A DNA stretch of 64,000 bases from a virus: the IMG/VR virus record IMGVR_UViG_3300017748_000003, positions 10,021 to 74,020 of that record; one strand, written 5' to 3'. Each line of letters starts with the position of its first letter. Within the stretch, counting starts at the first letter, position 1. A program made the translations under genes and the position numbers. Below, piece after piece: positions 47,297 to 57,111 of this stretch. Below the pieces are notes generated by a model that was not told where the DNA came from, searched no databases, and saw nothing but the letters and a program-made list of their open reading frames with translations.

Positions 47297-48340
47297 TTAA
47301 TACCACTGACATTTACCCTTAGTAACCATCCACTTAATATGGTCATAATGAAGCTCATCTGGATCTGTAAAACCTTTAGGGTATAGGCATCTAGCAGTAG
47401 GAACTTCCTCCCTTAATTTATCTATAGCCCCAAGAGAGCTAGAGTCATTATCTTTACCAAACAACCCTAAGTCACCCGCAGCATCCTTGTCATACAGCAT
47501 AAACACGGGCTTACCATAAGACGCTATAATATCTCTCTGAGAATCAGACAAGTAAGAACCCATCGTAGCTACTGGATCACAGAACTCACGAACCCCCAGA
47601 TCAACCATAGAGGCAAGGGCAAATAAGCCTTCTACCACTAAAAAGGGTATATCAGTATCTTCTCTCACGAGATGCTCTCCAAGTATAAGTCTGTCTTTCT
47701 TAAGACCCGCATAATCTTTTACTTTAGAATATCGGCTACGCTTATCCATAGATCTAGGCCATTGAATATCAGGTAACACTGTCCTTCCTGTAAAGCCATA
47801 CAAGTCTCGGTCAAAACCATATACAGGAAATAAAACTCTTCTTTGCTCAGGATCAAACCTCAAGTCCAGAAGACGCGCAGCTTGTTCTTGTATATCCCTC
47901 TCTACTAAGTATCTCCTAGATTCAAAATGCTCATAAGCTAAAGGATACATAGACAAGTGAAGTTGAGCCATACCCGGATCTAAAGGCTCAACCTCCTCAA
48001 GCACTCTCTCTTCCTCTCTAATTTTATCCCACTCCTCAAAATTCTCAGGAGTCTCTTCCGTCATAGCGCGAATGATTAGACTATTATAGTCTTCCTCGCG
48101 GTAGTTACCAAGCTTAGTAAGTAGACCTGTTAGATTACCTCTCTGATGGCAAGTAAAACAATTAAACCCAGAATACCCAGAAGGGTTTACTTTAACGAAA
48201 AACGAAGGGTTACGGTCAGTTCCAAACTCATGGAGATAAGGGGCAAAGGGACACTGGCTTACTAGCCACCCTCTGCCATTCTTATGAATAACCTCGACAT
48301 CTATCTCGCTCAGCAACTCTCTAAGAGGCTCTTCTTTCAT
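47297..48340 (-). CDS. DNA primase (CHC2 zinc finger + TOPRIM)
   Basis: CPF..H..D.NPS..NCFTC, GFTGR, VVEG, YDKDAAG, DPDE. Confidence 0.9.
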   Translation of the reverse strand: MKEEPLRELLSEIDVEVIHKNGRGWLVSQCPFAPYLHEFGTDRNPSFFVKVNPSGYSGFNCFTCHQRGNLTGLLTKLGNYREEDYNSLIIRAMTEETPENFEEWDKIREEERVLEEVEPLDPGMAQLHLSMYPLAYEHFESRRYLVERDIQEQAARLLDLRFDPEQRRVLFPVYGFDRDLYGFTGRTVLPDIQWPRSMDKRSRYSKVKDYAGLKKDRLILGEHLVREDTDIPFLVVEGLFALASMVDLGVREFCDPVATMGSYLSDSQRDIIASYGKPVFMLYDKDAAGDLGLFGKDNDSSSLGAIDKLREEVPTARCLYPKGFTDPDELHYDHIKWMVTKGKCQWY

Positions 48341-48537
48341 ACCCGCCCATACATTCTATCTATGTGTATCTGCTCCAACTCCTCAAACTTAAGAGTATTG
48401 TAGCCTTGAGATCTACATACAAAGGTAAAGCCTTCTAGAGTTACTTTTGTAATCCTAACAGTAAGGTCGCCGCACAAAGGAGAAGGGACCTTCTTCCTGT
48501 TTTTACTCTTAAGGAATTTTTTAACCTCTTCCATCAA
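48337..48537 (-). CDS. hypothetical protein
   Basis: 66-aa ORF in operon. Confidence 0.5.
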   Translation of the reverse strand: MMEEVKKFLKSKNRKKVPSPLCGDLTVRITKVTLEGFTFVCRSQGYNTLKFEELEQIHIDRMYGRV

Positions 48538-48990
48538 TCACTTACGAGGACCTACAACTACGTTAGGGTCTCCGACCTTAGCTGTGCTAATCTCAGCGAT
48601 AACGTCAGTAGGGCATAATGCCTTAGCCTTAGTAACTCCGATACTAGCGCAAGCAATAAAGATAGAATCATCTACCTTGCTACGGAACTTAGCTGGGTCA
48701 ATAACCGTAGTAGACCTTCCGGGTTTAATCTCAGAATCAAGGATAATGTCCTTATCATTAATTCTAGCCTTAACCTCAAAGTCCTCAACTCCAGACTCTC
48801 TCATCTGCTTAAGAAGCTCAGCACGGACCTTTTTAGCTTTATTAGCTGCCTCGTTTGCTCTTTTGTTAGCTACGTATAGCTCAACAGCTAACTCCTTCAT
48901 ATTACCAGTAACCCCTGTAGGAGATTCATCCTTAGTAGGCTCTTCTGTAGATAAGACTGCGCGTCTGCGCCTAGTTGCTTTTTCTTTCAT
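48538..48990 (-). CDS. hypothetical protein (leaderless)
   Basis: ATG 6 nt after -10 of promoter 48997-49025. Confidence 0.6.
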   Translation of the reverse strand: MKEKATRRRRAVLSTEEPTKDESPTGVTGNMKELAVELYVANKRANEAANKAKKVRAELLKQMRESGVEDFEVKARINDKDIILDSEIKPGRSTTVIDPAKFRSKVDDSIFIACASIGVTKAKALCPTDVIAEISTAKVGDPNVVVGPRK

Positions 48991-49059
48991 AGATTTAGTA
49001 TAGCACAGAAACAGAATGTTTGCAAGCAATTTTTCGGAAAGATTTGCACGAAGTGCAAA

Positions 49060-52047
49060 CTAATCTGTAAGAACAATACCTCGTTGCCGTTTCTTAGCCC
49101 ACGCCTTACCTAGCGTATTGTTATTCTCAGGTGGTTTTTCTCCAGACTGATACCACGAAGGTTTTATAGCCTCAATGTCAGGACGTTCTTCCATCTCAGC
49201 CAAATTAGAACCAACAGAAACGTCTGCCTTAATAGGCAAAGGGACGTTCAAGCCGAACCAGTTTTTAAGTGGTGGAGTCTCCATGTAAAAGCGAAGAGCA
49301 GAGGCTGCATCCTCTAAGATATCGTTCCTAGCCTCTACAATAACCGCATCGTGAATAAACATAACAGGTCTAATCAAATTCAAATCAACATCCCTAGCTA
49401 ACCTAGTCATAGCTATAAGGCCAAGGTCAGAAGCAAACCGCTGCACCGGACTATTAATAGCCTGACGAACAGAACCACCTGCAATATTCTCATCAATAGA
49501 TTCTACATTTGGTAATCTTCTCAGCGCACCGTGTAAGGCTCTAACATAAGTATTTTTCTGCACGAACTCACTCATAGCTCTATGCCATTGTTGCAGCCTT
49601 GGATACTCAGCGAAGTAAGCATTACGTATATCAACAGCCTCCTGTTCTGTCATATCAATGCCATAATCAATACGAGCATATCTTCGGAACCCAGCCCAGC
49701 CCATACCATAGAGAAAGCCGAAATTAACCGCCTTAGCTTGAAATCTTTTAAAATCGCAAAAATCTGACACCGTATATTTATCCCTCTCAGATTTGTTCAT
49801 CTCCCTAAGTTTCTGAGAAGCACCTGCCCAATCCGATACGCAATCAATAAGCAGGGTATCTTTCATAGCCTTACCCTTCATAAACTTATCGAAACTAACC
49901 CCCATAACGGTAGCTGCCGTAGCTGAATGGATATCTCCATCTGCCTTATAGATGTCTATCATCTTACGTTCATTAGCCATCCAAGCAGCAACCCTAATCT
50001 CAGCCTGACTCAGATCAGACTCAATAAAAGAATAGCCTTCTGTAGGGACGAAGATCTTCCTAAAAGACTTAGCCAAGGCTCCCCGCTTAGGTATATTTTG
50101 AGCGTTTGGGTCGCTAGACGCAGTTCGTCCAGTAACAGTTCGGTGTAGATAAAAGGACGGGTGTATTTTAGGGCATTCTTCTCTGTTCTGTAAGTATTGC
50201 CAAAATCCAGTAGGAGGCTCATAGATCACCTTGCTCACATTGCCGCTCTCGTCCACTCTAAGACGCTGCTTGCCAAAAGGAATATCCACAGACCCCGAAT
50301 CCTTTTTAACGCCGCTGCGCCGCCTCCTAACAGCCTTTGACTTACCTAAGTCAGAACCTAAAGCATTCTCTACCGCCTCTTGGACCTTGGCGGTATAGCC
50401 GCCACTTTTAAGACGCTTAAGAGGCTCTACAACTACAGATTCGTCAGAGCCTACATAAGTTCCGCTCATCTTCTTAAGGGTAGCGTATTCCATGTAATCT
50501 CTAACATAATCAATATGCTGAAAATTAATTAAATGGTCCTTAGAAGTAGAAGGTAACCTATCATCCCCTTTAAGCTTACGGGTGCTCTTAGTAAACTCTG
50601 TAGGCTTCAAGCTCTTACCGCTATCGTCTTTAATACCTCCAGCCCCAAACAGTATATCCCTAACAAAATTAGGTGAGCCAAAATTCCAATTACTTTCGTG
50701 CCGCCTAAGCACCGGACTAGGTGTATTTTGAAGCAGTCGATGATAAAGCTCTTGCTCCCTAGCCTTTATGTCTTCTCCAAGGGAAGTAAGAGCCTCGACA
50801 TCAATCTTAATTCCTTGACGCTCCATCTTAACGAACGTGCGAAGTGATGGCATTTGAACCTTAGTGTAAGCATCCCAATTTCTCCTATCCTCTTTCGCTT
50901 CTTTAAGTAACACCTTAGTTAATCTATATGTCGCGTCTGTATCTCCTCCAGCATATGATCTCATGTCCTCATGCTCAACAGTGTGCATCTTCGACTTGTC
51001 TACACGAGCATTAAAATCATCGGCATAACCAGCCATCTCAGGAACCCAGCGGCGGGTGCAATCGTCAAGGGTCTTAGTCAGCATATTATCGTCACACACG
51101 AAAGCAAGCTGCATAGAATCACAATACCAATTGTCCTGCACATTAATGCCTAAGGTAGCTAATCCATGCACATCAAATTTAAAGTTATGACCTGTAATAG
51201 CTATGTCAGGGTCTTCGATAAGTTCTTTTAGATCCGCAATAAGCTTACTTCTAAGACGAGTATTAAGCCTAGGCATCTCAGCAGACTCATTACTAAAAAG
51301 CGTAGCATCATTCCAATAATCAATATCCAAAGGAACAACATAAGCACTACCTATTTCTGAAGTAAGACTAACGCAAAGGACACGGTAAGAAGGCTCTAAC
51401 GCCCTCAGCCCTACAGTCTCCAGATCAACCGCCATAGCCTTTGGGCGGTTCTCAAGCAAGTCACTTAAATCAAGACACCAATCATATCCATCATCTAAGC
51501 CACCCTTAAGAAAAGTATCAACATTCCAGCTATGATCCTTTAAAGATCTCACCTGTTGAAAATCCGAAACATAGATGTCGTTAACCTCAGGTCGAGCTAA
51601 TACGTTCATAGGACTAAGCGTAGGCAAGACAGGTATAGTTCCTGTTGATGAATAGGTCTTAAATGTTCCACGAGATTTAGTAATAGCAGAAGGTCTACCA
51701 GAAAGCTGCCTAAGCGCGAGATTTCCCTGCGGTATAATAAGCCTAGCATTAGGCAAATACCTACCCAAAGCCTCGACAAACTCCTCACGATACTCAGCTA
51801 TAAACTTACCTAAACGGGAGGCAGAGTCTGCGTCCTCTGCTGGGATTGGTGGAGACGGATTAATAAATACAAAATCGTCTTGGCTAAACCCACACTTATT
51901 AGCTTGAGTAATAAAAAACTTAGCCGCAGGGACGCTCATAACTCTGCTGGCATCCCATAAGGTCTCAGATATAGCATCCGTTATAACGATAATGGTAGGG
52001 TTTTTACCTTCACGTATATTAAGATTCTCTGTATTCGCCTCTTTCAT
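49060..52047 (-). CDS. polA: family A DNA polymerase with N-terminal UDG-like domain and 3'-5' exonuclease
   Basis: DLET, HNFKFD, YAGGD; TGRTASSDPNAQNIP, DLSQAEIR, KAVNFGFLYG, IHDA; N-terminal IIPQGNLA..ITKSRG..LPTLSP. Confidence 0.95.
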   Translation of the reverse strand: MKEANTENLNIREGKNPTIIVITDAISETLWDASRVMSVPAAKFFITQANKCGFSQDDFVFINPSPPIPAEDADSASRLGKFIAEYREEFVEALGRYLPNARLIIPQGNLALRQLSGRPSAITKSRGTFKTYSSTGTIPVLPTLSPMNVLARPEVNDIYVSDFQQVRSLKDHSWNVDTFLKGGLDDGYDWCLDLSDLLENRPKAMAVDLETVGLRALEPSYRVLCVSLTSEIGSAYVVPLDIDYWNDATLFSNESAEMPRLNTRLRSKLIADLKELIEDPDIAITGHNFKFDVHGLATLGINVQDNWYCDSMQLAFVCDDNMLTKTLDDCTRRWVPEMAGYADDFNARVDKSKMHTVEHEDMRSYAGGDTDATYRLTKVLLKEAKEDRRNWDAYTKVQMPSLRTFVKMERQGIKIDVEALTSLGEDIKAREQELYHRLLQNTPSPVLRRHESNWNFGSPNFVRDILFGAGGIKDDSGKSLKPTEFTKSTRKLKGDDRLPSTSKDHLINFQHIDYVRDYMEYATLKKMSGTYVGSDESVVVEPLKRLKSGGYTAKVQEAVENALGSDLGKSKAVRRRRSGVKKDSGSVDIPFGKQRLRVDESGNVSKVIYEPPTGFWQYLQNREECPKIHPSFYLHRTVTGRTASSDPNAQNIPKRGALAKSFRKIFVPTEGYSFIESDLSQAEIRVAAWMANERKMIDIYKADGDIHSATAATVMGVSFDKFMKGKAMKDTLLIDCVSDWAGASQKLREMNKSERDKYTVSDFCDFKRFQAKAVNFGFLYGMGWAGFRRYARIDYGIDMTEQEAVDIRNAYFAEYPRLQQWHRAMSEFVQKNTYVRALHGALRRLPNVESIDENIAGGSVRQAINSPVQRFASDLGLIAMTRLARDVDLNLIRPVMFIHDAVIVEARNDILEDAASALRFYMETPPLKNWFGLNVPLPIKADVSVGSNLAEMEERPDIEAIKPSWYQSGEKPPENNNTLGKAWAKKRQRGIVLTD

Positions 52048-52048
52048 A

Positions 52049-53314
52049 TCACTCCATCCAATCTACTAGGTCTTCTACCTCTCCTTCCTCTTCATCAAGC
52101 AAAGGAACTTCATTAAATCTAACTGGATAAAAGCTAAAATTAGTAGCAAAGCGTGGTGTCTCTCCTTCACGGTTCTTCATAAACTCAAGAATCCTCTGCT
52201 GCTCTGCAAAAGGCTGCTGACCTTTTCTTATACCCCAAACTATTGATGCGTCCTGAGGAATAGAATCAGACCCAGAAATATCTCCAAGATCAAACTCCTT
52301 CGTGCTACTGTTTCTCTGGTTCCTATTAAACTGCACAGATATAACAACGGGAACATTGTAACGTAACGATAACTCCTTAAGCTCGCGCACCACCTCAGAA
52401 ATAGATTCCCATCTGCTTATATACCCCTTCTTCGCCCCTGCCGGAGAAAGTAAATAAGCTGCATCTACAAAGACTATATCAGGGGAAAACTCTAAGATCA
52501 TACCTTCAACCCCAGCTACGTTTTTTCTCATATCCCCTGCAAGGCAATGAACAGGATTAGGCATACTCTTAAGACGCTCAACCTCTCGGAGCATTTCCTC
52601 TTCTGCGTAAGTGCCAATCTCTCCGGCCCTTATCATGTTAGGATTAATGCCTGTAGTCCTACCAAGCCACCTCCTAGCAATCTGCATAAGGCTCATCTCC
52701 ATAGATGTAAAGGCAACAGAGTGTCCAGCCTCGTTAGCATTCCTAGCCATCTCCATCATCATCCAAGACTTACCTAGCGACGGCCTACCAACTATAACCA
52801 CTAAGTCGCCTCCCATAAGACCGTTAGTAGCAGCATCAGCAGTCTCCCAGCCAGTAGGCACTCCTCTAAGTCCTGGATTACGCTTAGCCTCTCTATAATC
52901 GCTAACTACAGCATCCATCTCATCGCCTAGAGTAGAATAACGCTGCGACTCTATAGCAGACGCTGCTGCCTGAGTCATCTCTCTAAGGACATTGAGCATA
53001 CCCTGCGTATCTTGATTACGCATAGCCTCTACGAACTTCGGATTACGCTCGTTAACCTCGGTATAACCATACCTAGCCCTAAGCGTATCATAATAATATT
53101 CTGGGCTAGCCTGTCTGCGATTACTAGGGAAAGTAAAACCCTCCTGTGTAGCAATATCAATAGATGGAACCTCTCGGTATCTATTTACATAAGACACCAT
53201 CCACTCGTAGGCAGGAGTTTCTTCTTCAGTAAAAAGCTCAGGTGTTGCTCTTCGTAAAAGGGCTACCTGACCAGAATCAATAATTGATCTTAGGAAATTA
53301 GTTGCTGCTGACAT
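52049..53314 (-). CDS. dnaB: DnaB-like replicative helicase
   Basis: GRPSLGKS, SMEM, VDAAYL, VQFNR, SDSIPQDA, KNREG. Confidence 0.95.
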   Translation of the reverse strand: MSAATNFLRSIIDSGQVALLRRATPELFTEEETPAYEWMVSYVNRYREVPSIDIATQEGFTFPSNRRQASPEYYYDTLRARYGYTEVNERNPKFVEAMRNQDTQGMLNVLREMTQAAASAIESQRYSTLGDEMDAVVSDYREAKRNPGLRGVPTGWETADAATNGLMGGDLVVIVGRPSLGKSWMMMEMARNANEAGHSVAFTSMEMSLMQIARRWLGRTTGINPNMIRAGEIGTYAEEEMLREVERLKSMPNPVHCLAGDMRKNVAGVEGMILEFSPDIVFVDAAYLLSPAGAKKGYISRWESISEVVRELKELSLRYNVPVVISVQFNRNQRNSSTKEFDLGDISGSDSIPQDASIVWGIRKGQQPFAEQQRILEFMKNREGETPRFATNFSFYPVRFNEVPLLDEEEGEVEDLVDWME

Positions 53315-53316
53315 AT

Positions 53317-53904
53317 TTATGTAATTGAGATCTGACGCTGCTTAAGGCGGTTAATAAATCTATTAGAGAATGGGTTACTTTGCGGGGTGCTTTCTTCTGT
53401 AATAAAAGGGACATCATTAAGCATAATTAACGACTTTCCAGACGATAGCCACCTTAGAAGAAACCACTCAATCCTAGCCATCTGGTCTGCTGAAAAAGGG
53501 AGCCTATCCTCTGTAATTAAACCATCAATAGCAAGAACTCCCCTGCCGTCTAAACGATCATCTTGCATAGGAGACCCAGCCTCAATAATAGACCATAGGG
53601 TATCGCAATCTAAAGCGAAGACAGGAACCCTCCTAATAACCAAAGCTCTCACAAACATATAAAAAGCATCACATATTATTGACTCAGTTCCTACTACCTC
53701 TAAAACCCTGCCCCTCTTGCTCAGACCTTTAGCCCCTCCTGTTCGTAGCCACAGACCAAGCCTAGTCCCTACCTTACCCTGCTCCATAATAGAGAGATCA
53801 GGGTCTTGGTAACTCATAGGAACACCGGCATAACTCATAGCACGTAAGATATCCTCTGATGGAATCTTATGATGCTCTCCTTCTTCAATGTCAATATTAC
53901 TCAT
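53317..53904 (-). CDS. degenerate DnaC/IstB-like helicase loader
   Basis: AGVP..Y, VLAIDGL, R....KS.I...; no intact Walker A; lies between initiator and DnaB. Confidence 0.5.
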   Translation of the reverse strand: MSNIDIEEGEHHKIPSEDILRAMSYAGVPMSYQDPDLSIMEQGKVGTRLGLWLRTGGAKGLSKRGRVLEVVGTESIICDAFYMFVRALVIRRVPVFALDCDTLWSIIEAGSPMQDDRLDGRGVLAIDGLITEDRLPFSADQMARIEWFLLRWLSSGKSLIMLNDVPFITEESTPQSNPFSNRFINRLKQRQISIT

Positions 53905-55090
53905 CAATCCAATCATCAAACGTGCCGCCTCCTGACTTTAACTTAGACTTAGGTTTTGCACGCTGTGCAATTCTTCCTTCCTTACGCATTTGATCTCGCA
54001 AGACTTTAATCTTCTCTCTTTCAAGCCTAAGCTCTTTAAGCTTATCGGCATAACCAAACTCCTCAGCCACTATCTGCTTCGCCTTCTCTGGGTCCATGCC
54101 CTTCTCACGAAGCTCTTCAGCACGCCGCTCAAGCTCATTCATCTTAGCAAGCCTATCCCACCGCTCTTCGTTAGCGTAAGCGACCTCAAAGATCCTTCTT
54201 AGCTTTACACTAACTATCATCTCTGCCACCGGAAAACGAGGAGCATCATTCATCCACCCTAACGATGTAGATCTTATAAGAAGCCAATTCTGAAATAAGA
54301 ACTCAAGGTAAGACATAAACTCTCCTTCATCTCTATTCTTAGTCCAAGCCTTTGCGTAACGGACCATAATAGATCTAACACATGACGATAAGGGCGCGGG
54401 AGCCTCTTTAGGAAAATGCTCAATAAACAACCCCTTCCAAAGTATAACGAATGCGCCGTTCGTGGGAACAAACCCAGAATCTCCACGAACCCTAACACCT
54501 TTCTCTGCCGCAGCTTTACGCTTAGACTTAGATCTCTTACGAACTTCTTCAATCCTAGTCTTGTAACGAGAAGAGGCATCAACTTCCACCTCGGACGCTT
54601 TAGCGTCCACGCTATTACTATTTTGTCTCTCTTCCCTTTTGCTGCTCTTCCTTATGACAGGGCCGGTTTCGTCCCCCTCGATAGATACACTTTCGTCCCC
54701 GTCGATAGATACACTTTCGTCCCCCTCTTCTCGTAATCTTTTAGGCATCTTCATACGATTAAGCTCATATACTTTAGAGCGGTCAGTGCATAACCTAGAA
54801 TCCCTACATAGGAGGTAACCTTTATCAACAAGCGAATTAAGTATGTCACCTGCTCTCCTAACATTAGACGCAAAAGGCGAAGCGATGCATTGGCCCTTAT
54901 CATCCCATATACCCTCCACGCATTGACGGCGACTAATCCTCTCTTCGCGCTTTCCCCAGCCCAGAGTTCGATCAAATACAAATAGTAGTGCAAGCCTTTC
55001 AAGCGATGTGCAGTCTCGGAACCAGACCCTAAGTATAGTGCGATGAACTTCCCATACGAATTTCCAATCACGGTATTCATTCTTAGCCAT
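53897..55090 (-). CDS. replication initiator (lambda O-like N-terminal wHTH) containing iterons
   Basis: RTLGWGK.EERIS, L.SLVDKG; internal 24-bp repeats. Confidence 0.7.
   Translation of the reverse strand: MAKNEYRDWKFVWEVHRTILRVWFRDCTSLERLALLFVFDRTLGWGKREERISRRQCVEGIWDDKGQCIASPFASNVRRAGDILNSLVDKGYLLCRDSRLCTDRSKVYELNRMKMPKRLREEGDESVSIDGDESVSIEGDETGPVIRKSSKREERQNSNSVDAKASEVEVDASSRYKTRIEEVRKRSKSKRKAAAEKGVRVRGDSGFVPTNGAFVILWKGLFIEHFPKEAPAPLSSCVRSIMVRYAKAWTKNRDEGEFMSYLEFLFQNWLLIRSTSLGWMNDAPRFPVAEMIVSVKLRRIFEVAYANEERWDRLAKMNELERRAEELREKGMDPEKAKQIVAEEFGYADKLKELRLEREKIKVLRDQMRKEGRIAQRAKPKSKLKSGGGTFDDWIDE
54667..54727. repeat. 24-bp tandem repeats (2.5 copies), putative iterons
   Basis: TTTCGTCCCC(C/G)TCGATAGATACAC at 54667 and 54691, partial copy at 54715. 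Confidence 0.8.
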
Positions 55091-55231
55091 TAATATTTGA
55101 CAGGCTTTGCACAGTGTGCGAATATCATGCTATTCAGTTGTATTGCTGTGTGACTCGTGTTCTGCCTGCCCACCTTGGATTCACAATCTCCTCGGTGGGC
55201 AGGTCTGTTTGAACACCTCACACTAAAAGTT

Positions 55232-55615
55232 TTATGAGCGATAACCTAAGGTTTGCATCTTTTGTATAACTTCAACCTCAGCGGCAACCGCATCTTCGTA
55301 ATTCTCCCAGAGCGGTATGTTATCGGGTTTATTGTCTGCTCCCGTATAAGCTTTAACCGCAGAAAAAGGTGGGTGCTTGCATAGCTCGCCACGAATTAAT
55401 CCCTGAGGGTCCCATACAGTATTATAGGTCCAAACTTCGTTAGACCGTTGCCCCTCCCATCGGATATACCACATCTGTAATTCTTCATCAAACTCTACAA
55501 GAGTAGCACGCTTAGTTTCTCCTCTTCCAAGCGACCTCAAATTTAAGCCCTTGCTCTTATGGTCTAATCCGAATAGAGAGCCGTCAGGCCCTACCGTAAT
55601 AAGTTGTTTCGCCAT
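55232..55615 (-). CDS. conserved hypothetical protein of the Ycf46-associated module
   Basis: ITVGPDGS....L..LG...KRAT.VE pattern. Confidence 0.55.
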   Translation of the reverse strand: MAKQLITVGPDGSLFGLDHKSKGLNLRSLGRGETKRATLVEFDEELQMWYIRWEGQRSNEVWTYNTVWDPQGLIRGELCKHPPFSAVKAYTGADNKPDNIPLWENYEDAVAAEVEVIQKMQTLGYRS

Positions 55616-55716
55616 TTTAGTGTAGTGTGTAAGTAGTGTAAAGGTAGCAGGGACGGATTATCACGCCGAGAAGCACGGCACTTATGAAATTGTGATAACC
55701 GCCCCTGCACTGCTTC

Positions 55717-55926
55717 TTAAATATACATATTCTCTGTGTCAGAGAGTTCGTCAGTGTTAGGCTGATGCATCTCAGGCTTCTCGTGAACAACGTTAGCTGC
55801 TCCACCAGACAAGGCTTCTTCGATAGGCTTAGTAGCCGATACGCACGAATCCCCAATAAAACCCTCGGCCTCCACTACAGGATTACCGATACAATCAATC
55901 TTAACTATAATTCTTTTGCCGCTCAT
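55717..55926 (-). CDS. DUF2997 family protein
   Basis: I...G....EAEGF.G.SC..AT..IEEAL.G....KPE. Confidence 0.8.
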   Translation of the reverse strand: MSGKRIIVKIDCIGNPVVEAEGFIGDSCVSATKPIEEALSGGAANVVHEKPEMHQPNTDELSDTENMYI

Positions 55927-55952
55927 AAAACAGACCTTTCTATCAATTAGTA

Positions 55953-56396
55953 TTAAGCTACTGCCAACTCTAGATGAATCTCTCCGGTCCCTTCGTCTAA
56001 GGATTCTCCAAGAACCTGATAGCCGGAATTTACTGCTGCATTCATCGCTGCGTGCTTAGAATACTGCTGGAGGAACTTGCCAATGTTCTCTGCCTTGTGA
56101 TCAGTATTAGCTACCCTATACTTAGCTCCTATCTGCGAGCGAATGTCTCCATCCCAAGCATCAAAGACTGCGGAGTAACTACCGTCATCCTGTTTCTTAA
56201 GACCTACGTCATATCGGCTTTGTCGAAGCTTAATGACATAATCGCAAGCACCAGATTGATTGCGGTAATACATACGAGGAACTACATTCTCTAGGAACTC
56301 CAAGTCTACCCCAGCATTCTCCAACTCCCGAACGGCTTGCCTTATAGCAGCCTCATCCCTTAGTGGGACACTTTTAATCTCAGTTGTGTGACTCAT
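55953..56396 (-). CDS. DUF1257 (Ycf35-like) protein
   Basis: MSH.T.IK, YDVG....DGSY....D.W, Q.Y, G.I.L. Confidence 0.8.
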   Translation of the reverse strand: MSHTTEIKSVPLRDEAAIRQAVRELENAGVDLEFLENVVPRMYYRNQSGACDYVIKLRQSRYDVGLKKQDDGSYSAVFDAWDGDIRSQIGAKYRVANTDHKAENIGKFLQQYSKHAAMNAAVNSGYQVLGESLDEGTGEIHLELAVA

Positions 56397-56475
56397 TTAT
56401 TTAACTGTGTTAGTGTTCTGTCTAACTTATTAAGCTTAGCGCAGAATAGAATATTTGCAAGCAATTTTTAAACAT

Positions 56476-57084
56476 TTAAAGTTCTATTGATCGTCTACGT
56501 TTACTAACGACTACTTTCTTATCCTCTAAAGTCTTCTCCACAATCAGCGGAGGAGGAGACTCTTCTTGAAGTAATATATCGTCTTTAGTAAGCAACTTTC
56601 GTCTCATTGTAGAGGACGCTAAGGCAAAGAATGCTTTAGGGACTTTACATCCAAGCTTAACAGCGTCTTCAACACTAATTATATCAAACGTGCCTTCTAT
56701 AGTAGCGTCTCTAAAAGATGCGTCATAATTATTAGTAAGGTCTATGTGTAGGCGACGGCACGCTGCACTCTTCCTAACCCTAAGGAAAACAGACCCAGAT
56801 AACTCCATCTTACCTAAGCCGGGGTTTACTGTAATAAATAACTTTAATACTTCACCTTGCCTAACGTAAAACTTCTGCTCAATAAACCTACCGCTAATAT
56901 CAGGCTTACGTCCTTTTATAGCTGCAAAGTAAGAAGGTTTACCCAGCTTCTTTATTCCAGCCTCAGGACTAGCAGAGTCTATAAATACTTCTCTGCCACC
57001 GTCAGTAGGGCTATGAAATAAATAACACTTACCAGAAGAAGTTCTTAGATTAACGTTACCCGTTCTTGTTTTTATTACTGGCAT
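56476..57084 (-). CDS. hypothetical protein
   Basis: 202-aa ORF ending RRRSIEL. Confidence 0.6.
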   Translation of the reverse strand: MPVIKTRTGNVNLRTSSGKCYLFHSPTDGGREVFIDSASPEAGIKKLGKPSYFAAIKGRKPDISGRFIEQKFYVRQGEVLKLFITVNPGLGKMELSGSVFLRVRKSAACRRLHIDLTNNYDASFRDATIEGTFDIISVEDAVKLGCKVPKAFFALASSTMRRKLLTKDDILLQEESPPPLIVEKTLEDKKVVVSKRRRSIEL

Positions 57085-57111
57085 AATTATTAGTATTGCA
57101 CGGTGTGCAAA

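Noticed and set aside
50200-50450. PolA insertion as an intein or intron
   Set aside because: Short, in frame, with no Cys/Ser...His-Asn splice motifs
55641-55715. Hammerhead or other self-cleaving ribozyme
   Set aside because: No CUGANGA/GAAA core in the proper arrangement on either strand
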